Source of the DNA: Zygnema circumcarinatum SAG 698-1b
Taxonomy: Eukaryota > Plantae > Zygnematophyceae
NCBI GenBank assembly: GCA_037447605.1
Contig: CM074810.1
Span: 2,142,880-2,206,879 of the forward strand
DNA length: 64,000 nucleotides
Direction of reading: 5' to 3'
This document shows, piece by piece, positions 34,801 through 49,520 of this stretch. The notes beneath the pieces were generated by a model. It saw nothing but the letters and a program-made list of their open reading frames with translations, searched no databases and was not told where the DNA came from. The translations under genes and the position numbers were made by a program. How positions within the stretch are numbered: the first letter of the stretch is position 1; each line of letters opens with the position of its first letter.

Positions 34801-37800
34801 GCCATAGAAATACAGAATATGACAATAATATTCGCATAATAAAACTATAGCTCTAGAGTTGCTCCATTTGCTTGATAATTGCAAAGAGAGGTTTGAAGTT
34901 CATAGGCTTAAACCATCCCTGTTCCCTCACTTTCCCTTCCCCCGCCTCTCCTCTCCTTTATCTCTCCCTCTCTTTATCTCTCCCCCTCTCTCTCTCCCTC
35001 CCTCTCTCCCTCTCTCTATCTCTCCCTCTCTCTATCTCTCCCTCTCTCTATCTCTCCCTCTCTCTATCTCTCCCTCTCTCTATCTCTCCCTCTCTCTATC
35101 TCTCCCTCCCTCTATCTCTCCCTCACTCTATCTCTCCCTCTCTCTCCTCTCTCTATCTCTCCCTCTCTCTATCTCTCCCTCACTCTATCTCTCCCTCTCT
35201 CGAACTCTCCCTCCCTCTATCTCTCCCTCTCTCTATCTCTCCCTCTCATACAAGCAATGCACCAAAGGCCTGCAGGGCCTACCCGCTGTGGCCAAAAGGC
35301 CTCCTGTTGGAAAAAAGAGGACAGCCTCCAGAGGATGCGCATGCTGTCAAGAAAAATATAAAAAGTTACGAAGAAAAAAAAGGTGGATTTTCACAATCAA
35401 GAATACAGAACGCCTTGATCAATTATAACAAACCTATGTACATTTAGAAATTCAAACAGTGTCTAGGTTTAAATTACAATGAATTTGAGCCTGAAAGCTG
35501 TCATCGATCCATCGATGTATTCAAAGCAACATGCTATTATTTTCAAATACATCAAGAAAAAACTGCGAATAATAATGCGGAATGTAAACACGAAGGGAAA
35601 GCTGAACTGCTTCACTAGTGATTTTCTTCTTTATAAGTAAGATTCACCTGAAGCTTAAACATGCTTTTTCCAGCGCGTAGATCCCATAGACGGACCGTGT
35701 GATCATATGAACCTGTAGCCCTGCAGACATACAAGCAAAAAGCACAAAGTTCATGTTGACAAAACGGAAGAAAAAAGAAGAAAAGAAACTGCTCCAAATG
35801 ACAAAAACAACCTCAAAACAAAGCGAACGAGGCAGGAGAAAGAGTTCAAGGTTCCATCGAAAGGAGAACCCTAACAGCGGCTCATAGTTGCATGTGAAAT
35901 GACAAGTGTTCTGGGGAGGGAGAGAGAGAAAGAGGGGTGAAAGTGAGAGAGAAAGAGGGGAGAAAGAGAGAGAGAGGGAGGGAGAGAAAGTGGGGGGATA
36001 GAGAGACAGGGAAGAGACCGAGAGGAGAGAGCGGCCAGAGAGAGAGCACACCCTTGTGGGGCGGATCGTGGAGCTACCAGAGATGAGCATTCGCCGGACT
36101 CGCGGACCCGCAGCGGACGTAGTCTGTGTGCTCCTGCACCACCGTCACTGCCTCCTGCGAGAGAGGGAGAGAGAGAAAGAGCGAGGGAGAGAGAGTGGGG
36201 GAGGGGGGAGAGAGAGGAGGGGAGGTGAGACAGAGAGTGGGAGGACGACAGAGGGAGAGAAAGGAGAGAGAGAGAGGTGGGGAGAGAGAAAGGGGAAGCG
36301 AGAGATTCGAAGAAAGAGGAAATGAAAACAACGACACAGTGAATCCCACGTAGAGCAAACCCATCGCTGAGATTTTAAGGAACAGTACTTTCAGAATGTC
36401 AGTCTATGCAGGTCTATGGCGGATCCACCGATCAGCATCACTAAACAAGTGCTCTAAGTGTCACCCAGTGGAAACACTTCATCTATTGTTCAGTACGGTT
36501 TCATGAGCAGATCCGATGCCACGAAATGGGAGGAATGTTGGTGGAGAAGAGGATGTAGAGAGGATCATTCATTCATACAATTCACAAACAGACACTATAG
36601 AAGCGATTAAGTCCATAGAAGGTGAGCGCAAGTGAATAGGCATGAGCGCACCTGTGACGCGACATCCCACCATCGAACCGTCGCATCATCACCCGCAGAC
36701 AATATGTGCACTTTATCCTTCGAAAATCGGGTAAAGTGTACAGATCTGCAAGGATGGTAGTCCGGAATACAGATAAGAACAGACTGTACGATTGAGATTG
36801 AAATTAAAGGATATTTTAGGCCCAAAAGTGGGAGATCACAAATGAGGGGTTTGGCATTCAACTAGCAAAACACTATCGGAAGCTAAACCGTAACAAATAA
36901 ACCTATTGTATACCTAATAACATGCACTTGTTTTCCCATGATATCATTCATGCACATTCAGAACAGCAATTTCACATGATGCAAGGCAGTTTGTGAAGCA
37001 GTTTGCCCCTCGTTCCACTCAAAGTCAAGCCCTTAATAGGTTCTCTGACGCCATAAAACGTCGTCCAAAAGATAGGCGAGAAAGAGAATAAGCAGTACAA
37101 GTACTGAGATAATAGAGTTTCAAGGCCATAGAATCATCCTCACTACCTCGTATGGCCTTTGAGCTGACGAAGCACTGCTCGACTCCCTGCATCAAACACC
37201 TGCACTCTTTCCAACCACGCCAGAAAAAACAAACAATCTCAATACCAAACTGAAAGATTTGGGGTAGCCACAAAACAAAAAAAAATGGAAGAGAGAAAAT
37301 CCTTCTGCACCCTCTCTTTGCTCTTGAGCACCATCAGCTCTCACAATCTTTTGTACTGCACGTAGGAAAGCATAAAATAGCATTAAAGGCGTCGAATTTA
37401 GCCAGTATGGATAGGGGAGCTCCAAACCTGGACAATCCCAGTCTCGCCACCCGCTACCAAGAGTTGGCCATCTGATCGGAAGCTTCCGGAATATGCCTGC
37501 AAGCAATAGCAAGGTGAATGTCACCAACGAAGTTAACAAGTGAAACCAAGATTCCATCACACACTCACATAAACCTATGCACTTTCAGTCATCAATCGGA
37601 AATGAAGTCAGTTACGCCAGGCTTAGATATATAAATATGCACCAGGAAGCCCTAAAGTTTACGAATATAAAAACCTCAGACACTGAAACGGTCACAAGGA
37701 AAGTGAAATGATCGTATCTTTTCATGCATGTGCACATCTCCTCCATTAACAGAAACTGGATGTTTTCAAGGGTCAAACAGAATTCTAGCACGCATGTACA

Positions 37801-38716
37801 GTCGTATGTACAGCATCTAAACGCTTATATAGTCGAGGGTCCAAAAATACTCACAATATCTCTGAACCGTGAAAAGACACGCTTGCTTTTTCGCGTCGCA
37901 CAGTCGTACACGGTAACCTGTATGGCCCGAGCTCAGCAAGAAATGAGGGGGACTCCCGTGAATTGAGAACTATATCCAAGTGAAAAAAGAAGAAAACGTA
38001 CATCCAGAAAATCAACACCACCAACCTTCTCCCCCCCCCTCTCTCCTTCTTTAAGTCTCTCCCTCCCTCTATCTGACGCTGTGCCTCACCACACACCCTT
38101 AACCCCCCTATCCCCTTATCCACTGTTTTCCCCATCGCTTGATTCACTACGCATTTTCCTTCCTCTTCCTCCTCCAATCCCTTCAAAACACTGCTTTCCT
38201 TCTTTCCCCAACCCCTTCCTCCTTCTCCGCTCCCAGTTACTCAACTTCTGGCATTCCAACCCTCCCTCCCACCAAAACTCCCATCGTCCTTCCCTTTCTG
38301 CCTTTCTTCCCCCTCCCCTTCCCACCCCCTCGCTCGTTCTCGCCCTCCACGTTCCCGCCTCCCCCTTCCTCCTCCCCCCTTTCCCGTTCCCCCTCCCCAC
38401 TCACCCCTCCNNNNNNNNNNCTCCTCCCCTTCCCCCCTCCCTCCCACTCCTCTTTCTTTCCCTCCCACTCCTCCCCTTTCTTTCTCTCCTCCCTCCCCAC
38501 ACTCACCCTCGTCGAGCTGGTCACTGCAAAGTCGTAGGGCGCCGTCGGGCAGAAGTCGATGCTGGTCACAGAAGCGACCTGCTGCTCGCTGGAAGCTGAA
38601 CGGAAGCTGCGCCAGAACTTCCCCTCCGGCGTCTCCCTCACGCCCTGCACAGGGAACCGCTTCGCGCGGACCTTCACGTACTCCGCCAAGCCCTCGCCCT
38701 CGTCACCGTCCCCCAT
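31812..38716 (-). CDS. UTP15: U3 snoRNA-associated protein 15 (WD40 repeats plus UTP15 C-terminal domain), multi-exon
   Basis: Spliceable GT-AG exons: TPEGKFWRSF..SVTSIDFCP; RFRDI/AYSGSFRSDGQLLVAGGETGIVQ/VFD; ILSAGDDATVRWWD; EHTDYVRCG; TGSYDHTVRLWDLR; HAHPLEAVLFFPTGGLLATAG; HDRLLRKFRYMEAL; VVVAVMEELVARG; NPRYSKFL; GMLQPLLQ..*. Confidence 0.93.
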
Positions 38717-39197
38717 GTCACTTGAAATTGGGGTTCAGGATAAACGCTCTAGGATTTTGGAGCACACTTTTAGGGTTCAAAAGTTGCTGCAGCTGCCAGT
38801 TGCTATCTCAGAGTTTGAAACTCCTGGCGACGGAGAGACAGAGGCGGGGGACTGCAGTATACTAAGCGTTAAGAACTTGACAAAGCAAAACCTGCGTGCT
38901 GAGGCTCTGCCTGCCCTCCGCCCGCACTCCCTCTCGTCCTCTCTGCCTGTCCGTCTCCCTCTCTCCCGCTCTCCCGCCTCTCCTTCCACTGTGCGAAGGG
39001 TTCAGAGTGGGGGCTGCGCCCTTATACGGTAGAACGTCTGTATCGGATCCTACTCACGATATCAGAAATGGCTTTTTGATAATGTATACAGTATCGAGAT
39101 CCCAAACACCGTGCCATGCCGTTAATTTAGTTTAACGGCGCTACTGGACAGGTGTTCCGTGTGATTCCATGTGCTCCGTAATACCGAACGTGCTTTC

Positions 39198-39297
39198 GTA
39201 CAGTCTGTACGTTACAGTACAGTACTGTACAGTACTGTACGAAATTGGAGACGTTGGAGACGTACAGTACTGTACTGTACGAAGAGTGTCCTTGTAC
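39198..39297. repeat. Cluster of 12 GTAC cores (AGTAC/TGTAC pentamers) in the divergent promoter
   Basis: Counted directly, e.g. GTACAGTACTGTACAGTACTGTAC. Confidence 0.85.
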
Positions 39298-39337
39298 GGA
39301 TTGAAAGGCAGGAGTGGGGCTCTGAGGGGAGCAGGCC

Positions 39338-42300
39338 ATGGCTGCCATGGGGCGGAGAGGGGCCGTTCTGGCGGCAGCCATGGTCGGTACTTCCTCTCCT
39401 GCCTACCATGAAATATTCTTGAATTTTCCTCTTAATATGTGATTTTTTCTTGTTCTGATGATAGCCTTTCGAACCATATTTCTGAATTGAAGCACTGACT
39501 CTCGACCCTAATTTTAGCCTAACCCTACTCCCCCCTCAAATTAATTCTTATCTATTCTAACCATGGCTAGAATCCTTACCTTGACCATATCTCGGATTCT
39601 AATCCTAACCCTAAACTTAACCCTCGCCTGTAGTCCCACAGCGCAAACCTAAAGTACCTTAACTCCCAAAAACATAACCCTGATATACTCCCAATGCTAA
39701 CTAACCCTAACCGGATCTCTAACCGTAAATTTAAATCTGACTCTGGCTCTTGTCCTGAGTCCGAACGAACCCTAATTCTACTGCAATGCTAAAATCAAGT
39801 TTAACCTTTACCCTAATTTTTTAAACTCCAGAGCTGAACTCAAAGTAGTTAGGTTTGTATATATGTACGTATGCGTCGATGGCGTATGCATGGACCGATG
39901 TTAGACCAATATTCACTACAAGTTATCTTGGGCCTAAATTTCTCATTTCTGGTTTATTAAGGGAGAATATTCATCTCGATCTGAGGCCTGCTTCATTTTT
40001 ATTAAAAAAAAAAAGATCCAATGCTCTCTTTGTTGTGCAGGTGTTGAGCTGCATTGTAGGAAGTTACGCAGATCAGAAGGGCGATGCCGCCGGTTCTTTC
40101 CTGAAGCTCTTCAACTTAAAGGAGGGTAGTAAAATGTGGGATAGCGACATTCTTCTGAAATGTAACTCCGAACCCTAAAGACCACAATTCTCCACGCCTT
40201 TTAGCCTGTTGGGCTAATCTTTTTTTTTTCCCTTTTTCAGTTTAATGTCTTGTTGCATTTGTTATTGACCCCTAGACGCTTCATCAGGTCTATGACAATG
40301 AATTTCTGTGGAAGAAACGGTCGCAGTACTTCTGATCGTTTTATGTTTTTCTTACTGTTACGCACTTTTTCAATGTGACTATGGCGTCTTGTATGGCTAT
40401 GCAGCTGTCGACGATTGGCAGAAGCCAACCAGGACATATGCAGGAAACACGGAACTCGATTACTACTTAAGTCAAGGTGCGGTCTAAGTGGGTTCAGTAG
40501 GAAAGGTGAAGCATATTCTTTTGTTGACTGTAAATGAACTAAATCCACTTAAAACGTTGATCAAGCTGCTTTGCAAGAAATCTGTTTATTTAAACTAGTT
40601 CAAGTTTGAATCTTACATCATGTTGAGAAATGCATGATACAACCCGACGTTCTTCCTCTCCCTTTTCTCTCTCTAAGAGTCTGGAGAGGTGGGTATGCCT
40701 GAAATTAGACAAAGTATATGAAATTATGTTTACTTTCTATCAAAGAGTGAAATATCAAGAAAATATATGTGCAAAGTGCATCTTTGGGAAAGTACTGCTG
40801 CCAGCATTCCCGTCCCGCTCAATGCTGCATTGGAGCAGGAAACTTGGCATCATACATGGACCTCCATCAAATCGACGCTCTCTATTTGCCCATTCCGGTT
40901 AACTTCATCTTCGTTGGATTTAGTGGTTCCGGAAATCATGGTAAGTTAACAAACCTTGAATATCCTGAAAGGTTGTTGGGGAAAGTCCCCTTTCCTTTTG
41001 GGTTCTGAAATTTTGTTGGCTTGATCGTCTATGAAAGTTTCACGTGTTTGAAGATTGATAGAATACACCCGCAATATCCGTTCACCACTTTCCCATACCT
41101 AAGCCTCGATTTTTATATTTAGAATAGATTAGGTGAGATTAAGACCACATTCCTGAACTGCGAGGTAGCTTTATTTCCAATTCAATTCTAAACTGTATTC
41201 GGTCTTCAGGTTTGCGGCTCGGAGAAGAAGAGCTTCGCCATTGGTTCGAGCACATTGACCACATTTTGGAGCACACGAGAGTGCCGAAAAATTGGGCCTC
41301 CCAAAAGCCCAATTCACATTCCAATGTGTACCATTCAGAACTGCCATCGATCAGCCCCATCCATTACAAGTATGCAATTTCTCCATGACTCACATCCTAA
41401 TCTCAGCTCATGCTTCACCTCCCTCCTTGTGGACTTCACTTTCAGACAAACGGCTGCGGAGGAAGTGATGTTATATTCCCTCCTCTTATTCAGTTGTTTA
41501 ATCTTTCTTACCTCTAGTAAGTAAAACTTAGCAGTTTTTAGTCACCCGTAGTCACCATGTTTTAAGATGGAGGGGAAAAAGGGCGCATTTGCAGCTATAC
41601 GGTTCATGCTTTGGAGATGGGACAAGAAGTGGCGGAAGTGTTTGAAAAGGCCATCCTCACTCTCGCGCGGAAAGAGAGTCCTGGAGATGGCAAGTGAGTG
41701 GAGATATACCCCAATTATACACTTTCACGCTTAATTCTCCAAAACAGTAAAATGTCTTTAGAAAAATGACAAGACGAGATTCGAATTTATGAAATGAAAA
41801 GTTGAGGTTTCTTGTCGAACTGTCTGTTGGGCATGTTTCCAGGAACGGAACGGAAAGCATGTATCAAGTGGACCTTGAAGGCATGTCCCAAATCATCGAC
41901 AATCTCATGGACCTATTACGGCTCGACAGCTCAGCATATAATATCATTGTGCTGAACCCGAGTCGGGAAAAAGTTCCGCACAGATATGGCTACAGGTAGG
42001 CCAGAAAACTCACATAGGAGAGTGATTAAAATGTTGTAGATTTTGAGGAAAAAACGATGGTAAAAAGAGTAAATGGCTCTTGGTTTGGGTATGCAGGCTT
42101 GGCCCTTCACATCAGGAGTTCGACCTCATTATGGAGGTGATGATTTCGACTCCCTCCCTCCCTCTCCTTTCCTCTTTGGACTTCCTCTCCTTCCTCTCTC
42201 CCGTTCTTCCCTCCCTCTTCTCCTCTCTCTCCCTCTCTCTCTATCTCTCCTCTTCCTCCTTTTGGATGCTCAAATCCAGCATTCCAACGCAAACAAACAC

Positions 42301-45300
42301 GTATCCAAAGCCTCCAACTGTTTGAAAATTTGAACTGGTGAGCAAATCAAGGAGAAGCCAACCCATGCCAGTGAGTGGAGTGAGAGAGAGAACTGAGAGA
42401 TGATGGGCGAGGGAGAGGAGAGAGCAGACGGAGGAGAAGAAAAAGCAGCTGCTCGCCCCAAAGCTGGAGGTAGTTCCGCAAATGCTTGGTAAGCCCCCCT
42501 TTTACTTTTTCATGCATGTTTCGAGGGGGCAACTTGGTCCATTTCTTGGAATTTTTTTTTCTTTTTCAAATGGAAAATTTCTCTTCCTTTGATGTGAGGT
42601 CCGCTCTGTTTGGAGCAGCTGTAGAGCACATTGAAATGCCCCTTTTTGAAAGCAATCGCCGTCCAAACCACAAGTTCGCCTGGAAGGATGTTAAGCTCTA
42701 TCAGACGGTATGTGACTGCTCCCTCTCTCTCCTTCACTACAACTGCTCGCCCTCTCTTTCTCGCTCCCGCTCTCCCTTTCACCCCACCCGCTTTCCCTCT
42801 TCTTGCTCACTATCTCTCTCTCTTTCACCCCGGCTTTCCTTTGTCCCTTCTCACACTCTCTTTGTCTCTCCTGTCTTAATTATTGCCCTCTCCCTTTTCT
42901 CTCTCTCTTTCTCTCTCTCTCTCGCTCGCTCTCTCTCTCTCTCTCCCCCTCTCTCTTTGTCCTTTCTCAGCAAGATTGGGTCCACCGATACGATAAGCTT
43001 TTGGATGGTGTGAACCGACTCGTCAATTTGCCAAATGAGAAGGACAACGCTTTTCGGAAAGTGCAGCAGGTACGTCTCACTCTCACTTCACCACACACAC
43101 ATTTACCTTTCTCTTTCTACTCCTTTTGCTAATGGCTTTCTCCTTGACGTTATTGCGTTTTTGGTGGACAGATGCTGACAGGGAAAATGACACAACGAGC
43201 CGCTGCTTTAAAAAAGGCGCTAAAAAGTGGGCCCTTTGACGGTTGGAACCCTGATTGTCTGACTGACACGTGGACAGGAACCAACCGGTACGGATGATGC
43301 GAATTTCTTTGCAAACTGTAAAATAAAATTGTCATTTGATGACCCCATATTGGCGAAATCAGAAAGGAATAATGTTGGGTTTTCTTACCCCATATTGAAC
43401 GGTCGGATTTGTTGCCAGGTGGGCCTTCTTGGACCTGACAGCTGGCCCCTTCTCTTGGGGCCCTCTGATTGGTGGAGGAGGTGTACGGTCGGAGGGGAGC
43501 TTGCCAAGTGTCGATCGGACATTCGCTGAGCTCAAACTTGACAAACAAGGTGCCTTTCTCTCCCGAACTACCGCTCTATTTGGTGATTTTTTCTGTCTAT
43601 GCTTATTTTTTCTATCGTTGTTCTTTTGGGTTCATTTCTTTTTCTCTAATGGTTATAATTAACTTTTGCATCTGATGGCTTATTTTTTTTGCAGCTCTCT
43701 CGGATGACGAACTGGAACGTGATCTCGGACAGCTCATGGAGGAGCGATTTAGAATTGTGGAAGAGGTCAAATTTCTGCCTTCTCTATCTCTTGTCCTTAG
43801 AGAGCGAGAGAAGGACAGAGAGGGAGAGAGAGAGAGAGAGAGAGAGGAATGGATAGTGAGAGGAGAGTGACTTTCATCTCTCATTATTTTTCCCCTCTCC
43901 GTTCTCCTCAGTCGTGCCTGCTCTTCCCTTTTCTCTCCGCCCTCCTCGCCCCCTTCTCTTGTGTCTCTCCCTGTTTCTCTATCTCATTCTCTCTCTCTCT
44001 CTCACACACACACACACCCAACCACCCTCACCATCACGTGTATAATGCTGATTAAGACCGATTTGAAACATTGTAACCCATCCTTTTGTCTAGACACACA
44101 CTCTCTCTCTCTCCAAACTCACTTCCTCCCTCAAGATCATGAACCCTTATTTGAAATTCCAATGGCTTCACTGCAGGACTCAGCTCACGAGATCGACATG
44201 CTTTTAGCGGAAATTGATGTTTACGAAGCATTTGCCAAAAAGCACTGCAAAGATCGTCAGAGAAAAATCCCTCTCTGCAAAGGTAAACATAAGTACATTC
44301 TGGGACAAGGATTTCCTTACACCTCTTCTCTGCACTTTGTGACCGTTTCTGTTCTGTTTTTCTGTATTTCTAGTTCACTCTTTTGAGTTCGCACAAAATT
44401 GGGTGGATGACTGCAGATCTGAAGGAGAGAACCAATGACATGAAGAAGGATTTGGAGAAGATGAGGAGAGGTAGTGATAAAGAGAGAGGAGAGGTGGCTA
44501 AGAGAGCGTTGGAGAAGCTTCAGAAATGGAACTTGTTCGGTTCTGATCCGACAGTGAGCTCTCATCCATTACTCAAACTTGCATGAACATAGGACAATGT
44601 TTTTTTTCTAGGGAGTTGTGAATCGGAATTCAAATTCTTCCTATAACAAGCCTCATAACACGACGGCTTTTCATGAGAGGGGTTTTTTTGAGCTGTAGAA
44701 TTGCTTATTGTGCGTGTTCTATGTGCCACTGTTGTGCAGCATGCTGCAGCACAGAACATGTCACGAGCATGGGACTCCTTTCTGGCCAACCTCGCCGCCA
44801 CTCTCTCCTCCTCTTTGCGGCATATCATTACTCCTTCAACTGCAGACGGAGCTTACCATTTCTATGAAAAAGTTTCGTTTCACATTTACATCATCACTCA
44901 GCAGGTTTGGACATATGGAACAAGCCATTCCTTTACCTATCTCGTGTTTTGCCTCTTGTCTGCTCCTCCTATCTCCTCCCCCTCTCTCTCGCTCTCTCCC
45001 TCTCTCTCGTCTCTCTCGTTTTGCTCTTTTACTTGACACACCATTTCTCTATTTTCTTCTTGCTCACTTTACAACTCTCTCCTCCCTCTCTTCACTTCCA
45101 GTCTCCCTCGCTCTCCTTCCCCCCCCTCCATGCTTCCAAACCCATCCCGTGTACTGTCCCTCTCTCGCCTTTCCCATCCTCGTCCCTCCCCCCTCCGTCT
45201 CCTTCTTCCCTACACCCGTCTGTTACAGATTCCAGCTATTTTTTTGCACTGCAAAAGCATTATGTTGGCTAAACTGATGGTTGCTAATGAGTGTGTGTGT

Positions 45301-45325
45301 GAGAGAGAGAGGGGAGAGAGAGGGA

Positions 45326-45393
<68 letters not shown>

Positions 45394-48300
45394 GCAATAG
45401 AGATTGTGGATATGAACTATTGTATTGTGGAGAGGGCCCCCAGTCATATTACGACAAGCGGCGTTCTCCCTTCGATGTGGCGGAACTGAGAGACGAACTC
45501 GCAAAGCTCGAGCTGCCATCGCAAAAGTTTCAATTCTCCACTCACAAGTCAGTCAGCTCCCATCTTATCAGCCCCTCCCTTTAACCTTTCCATACTCAAT
45601 CATTGCGCAATTGCATGCACAATCTACAACTTCCACCCTTCCCCCCCCCTCCCCCCCCCTCATATTCAAAAAAACAACGAAGAAACGCTACCTTTTGTCT
45701 CTTTTGATCCCACCTTTTGCGTTCGCCTTTTTCATCCGTTATGACTATCACAATGGCGTGCATTAGAACCCTTTCAAGCATTGCAACCATTTCGAACATA
45801 TTAAATCACCTAAAGCATATTTAATACATTTGAATCCTTCCGACCATCCAAAGCATTCCAAAGCACACAACCCATATTAAGGTATTCAAAGCCTACTATC
45901 CGAGCCTTGCTGCATTCAGACTCTCATTGGCCGACGACCCCGCCCTCGCGATGGCATACGCGGGTGCGCTGAGGGCCGCTGTTAGGGAGAGCGTTGAGGC
46001 CAACGGAACGCTGCGACTGAACAGCGCACGGAGCTACCTCGACTCGGCAGCTCTGCAACACCTCCTGCAGCGTCTCTCGGACGACAGTCTGCACAGACGT
46101 GAGAGAGGGAGAGGGAGAGGGAGGGAGGGAGGGAGGGAGGGAGGGAGGGAGGAGGGAGGGAGGGAGGGAGGGAGGGAGGGAGGGAGGGAGGGGAGGGAGG
46201 GGAGGAGAAGTTGGAGAAGGTGGGGAGGGAGGAGGAGAGGGAGAGGGAGAGGGAGTGGGAAGGAGGAAGAGGAGAGGTGAGGAGGGAAAGGGAGTAGGAA
46301 TGGGAAGGAGGACGAGGAGAGGTGGGGAGGGAGAGGGAAAGGGGATGGGAATGGGAAGGAGGACGAAGAGAGTAGGGGGAGGGAGAGGGAGAGAGAGGGT
46401 GGAAGAGGAGAGAAGGGGACGGAGAGGGAGAGGAATTTAGAGGGAGGAAGAGGAGAGAAGATGGGGAGGGATTGGGGGAGGGGAGAGGGAAGGAAGAAGA
46501 GGAGACAAGATAGGGAGGGGGAAGCAGTGGAGAGCGAGAGGGAATTAGTGGGAGGAAGAGGAGAGAATGTGGGGGAGATTGTAAATGGGATGGCGAGAGA
46601 GTGCTAGTGGAGAGAAGAAGGGGCGGGTGGGGCACAAGTTGCAAACGAAAGGAAAGGGAGGAGGGCAGTTGAGGTAGGGAATGGGAGGTAGAGAGGTCGA
46701 AAGGAGGGTAAAGCGGGCGAGGGAGGGAGAGAAAGACGAGTCATTAGAGGGAAATAAAACCAAAGACTGTCGAGAGATGGACATGGGGAGTGAAATATCG
46801 CATCTCCTTTTCTTTCGTCTCCCTCTCCCTCCCCCTCCTCCTCCCTCCTTCCTGCTGCCGCTGTCCCACCACCCCCCCCCCCCCCTCTCTCCTTCCCTCT
46901 ATCTCCTTGCTCTCTTTCTCTCCCCTCCTGCCTCGCTGACTTCCCCCATTGTGCCTCTCCTTTAATGAGGGAAGCTCATGTTTGCTTGCGATTGCAGCTG
47001 AAAGGAAAACAAAGAGAGAACGCGTGATTTTGGAAGTTCCGATTTTTGTGTTTGCCATTAGCGGAGCAACAGTTCTGATCGACGAAAATTATTTGGCCCG
47101 AGGGCTCTCTGACATGGTGCTTGCCGTTCAACTGGAGGAAAAATCATGGGAATCGCCGTTACAGTGCAACGGAAATCCGATTTTCCATGATTTGAGGTGG
47201 GGCCCACAAGGGGTTCAGGCAGAGGATTTCTGCACTCCATGTTTGTCATGCTATTGGTCGTGGGAGACTGTGGGAGAGGTTGAGAGAGGGTGAGAGAGGG
47301 TGGGGTGGGGACGGGAGGAGGAAAGATGGTAGGGAGGGAGGGAGGGATGACGAGGGAAAGGAACGAGAGTGAGAGAGGAAGGCTTTGTACTTCACTATCA
47401 CTCCCTGCTGAGTAGTTTGAGTGTGTGAGAGGGAGCAGGAATCCGGTAAAGGCCATTTTGGCAGCTACTTTGGAGCATCTCGCAGGACTTCTCCCTTCCC
47501 ATGTCTCCTTCAGTGCAGTTCATGGTCTCCCTACACAGGTCTCTACTCTGAACTCCTTCACAATTTGAAACACCTCAAACCTATTAGGTTCAGGTGCTTT
47601 TGAAAAATGTAAAATCCCTCAAAATAATCTCGACAAAACTGAATGTTTTAACAGCCGTAGCAACTTTCCCCTCGACTCCCTCCCCTCGTCCTCCTTCCCT
47701 TCCATTCCCTTTCATTCTCTCTCTCTCACTCTCTCTATCGCTCACTCTCTCTCTCTCTCGCTCACTCCCTCTCGCTCATTCCCTCTCTCGCTCGCTCTCT
47801 CCCTCCCTCTCTCTCTCTCTCGTTCTCTCACTTGCTCCCTCGCACTATTCCTCCCTGCAATGCAGGACTGGAGATGGTCTGTGGGAGGCCACCCTCTCTC
47901 CTGCACTTCAAGAGAGGCTCACATCTCTGCCTTTCAGCACGATGCTGCTGCTCGCAGCTTCATAGTGACAGCGCTGGAAGAGTCCGTTGCGAAAATGAAT
48001 GAAGCGATTACTTTGTTGACAAGAGAGCCCACTCGTATCCCTCTCAATCTCCGTAAATAGGCTTAAGAATACTGAGATATTATATACTTAAACATGCGAA
48101 GAAGAAGCCCAAATAAGGGGATTAAAAAAGTTCTCAGGGAGGCTCTTCGAAACCTTTTGAAGTCTTTACTTGCTCAATGTTTAGAAGGTTGAAGGTGTGT
48201 GTAAGTATTTGTCTCTTGTTGTGCATCTATACTCTATTGTTTTTGTTCCTCAAGAATGCTGGATTAGGGCGAGAAGGATACTGTGTGAATTTCCTTGACG

Positions 48301-49520
48301 GATATATACAGACGAGGATACGTATTACACTTTTAAGAGGCACCATGAGAAGCATCTGATTGCCAGCTACAATCTCGTCGTCGAGCAGTGGAAGGAGGTG
48401 AGTGGATGGGCATGCATTTCTCTCCTCATTAGGGTTTGAAAAAGCGATTTTTTTGGAACGAACTTATCTTATTTTCTCGCAATCATCTTGACTGAGCGAG
48501 AGGATGAGGATGTGAACTGAGAACAACGTGAGGGAAACGGGAGGGAGGGGATGGGTGGGAGAAAGAGAGAGAAAGGGAGAGAGAGAGAGAGAAAGAGAGA
48601 GAGTGAGAGAGAGTGTGGGGGAGAGAGCGAGGGAGATGCGGAGGACTGCGTTTGGGAATGGGTGGGAGAGGGAGGAGCATAGGCAGGAATGTAAAGGTAG
48701 GGATAGAGTGGAAGAGAAGAGATGATAATGCGAGTGAGAGGGAGGGCACAAAGAGAGAGGAAGGGGAGAGGGGTGTGTCATATGGAAAAAATCTCAGTTC
48801 AACTCCATGGAGCAGGTTGCTGCTCATGTGGAGGCTCTCAATTTCGGAGAAGCAACAAAGATGTTGGCGTTCTTAGAGGAGCGCTCAAGAAAGTAAGTTC
48901 CCGATTTGAATTAGCAAAAGCTGCTATTTCTATGTTTTTTTACTTTACTTTCTATATTCGCAAGTAGATAATGAAACACTTTAGGGTCTTTAGATTTTGC
49001 TTCCTGCTCATCATTTGTAAGAAATGCTTTGCCACCATTCCTGGCTTCGTCCGTCATACAACGCATAGCAATGAATTGAAAGAAGGGAGGATTGGGAGAG
49101 GGCGAGAGAGAGAGAGAGGGGAGCGGGGAGAGGGAAGAGGGGAGAGGGAAGAGGGGAGAGAGAGGGGGAGGGGAAGGGGGAGAGGGGGAGAGAGAGAGGG
49201 AGGGAGGGATGGAGAGAGCGAGGGAGGGCGAGAGCGAGAGAGTGAGAGAGCGAGGGAGAGAGGGGAGAGGGGGAGAGAGAGAGAAAGAGAAAAAAAACTC
49301 TTCTTCCTCGTGGTTCCCACCTGTCTCCCCCTCCTGCACTTGCAGATTCCTCCATGACGTGACAGAGGTGACGGCTGCCCTCCATCCGATGCGATGCACG
49401 CGGAATCGACGGCTGCAGATCGGCGTTGGGCCCCTTGTGGGGATTTTGTTTATGAGCGTTTTGGTGGTGGTCGTTTGCGTCGTGTTCCGCCCTCAAAGAA
49501 GGAAACCGAAAGTCAACTGA
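39338..49520 (+). CDS. Conserved uncharacterised plant protein (At5g58100-like) with a signal peptide and C-terminal TM anchor, multi-exon
   Basis: Exons match the recalled plant family: LKLFNLKE, YLPIPVNFIFVGF, DHILEHTRVP, DLTAGPFSWGP, MLLAEIDVYEAFAKKHC, RHIITPSTADGAYHFYEKVSF, DDPALAMA, WESPLQCNG, DWRWSVG, VVFRPQRRKPKVN*. The start exon (39338-39382) is inferred. Confidence 0.88.
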
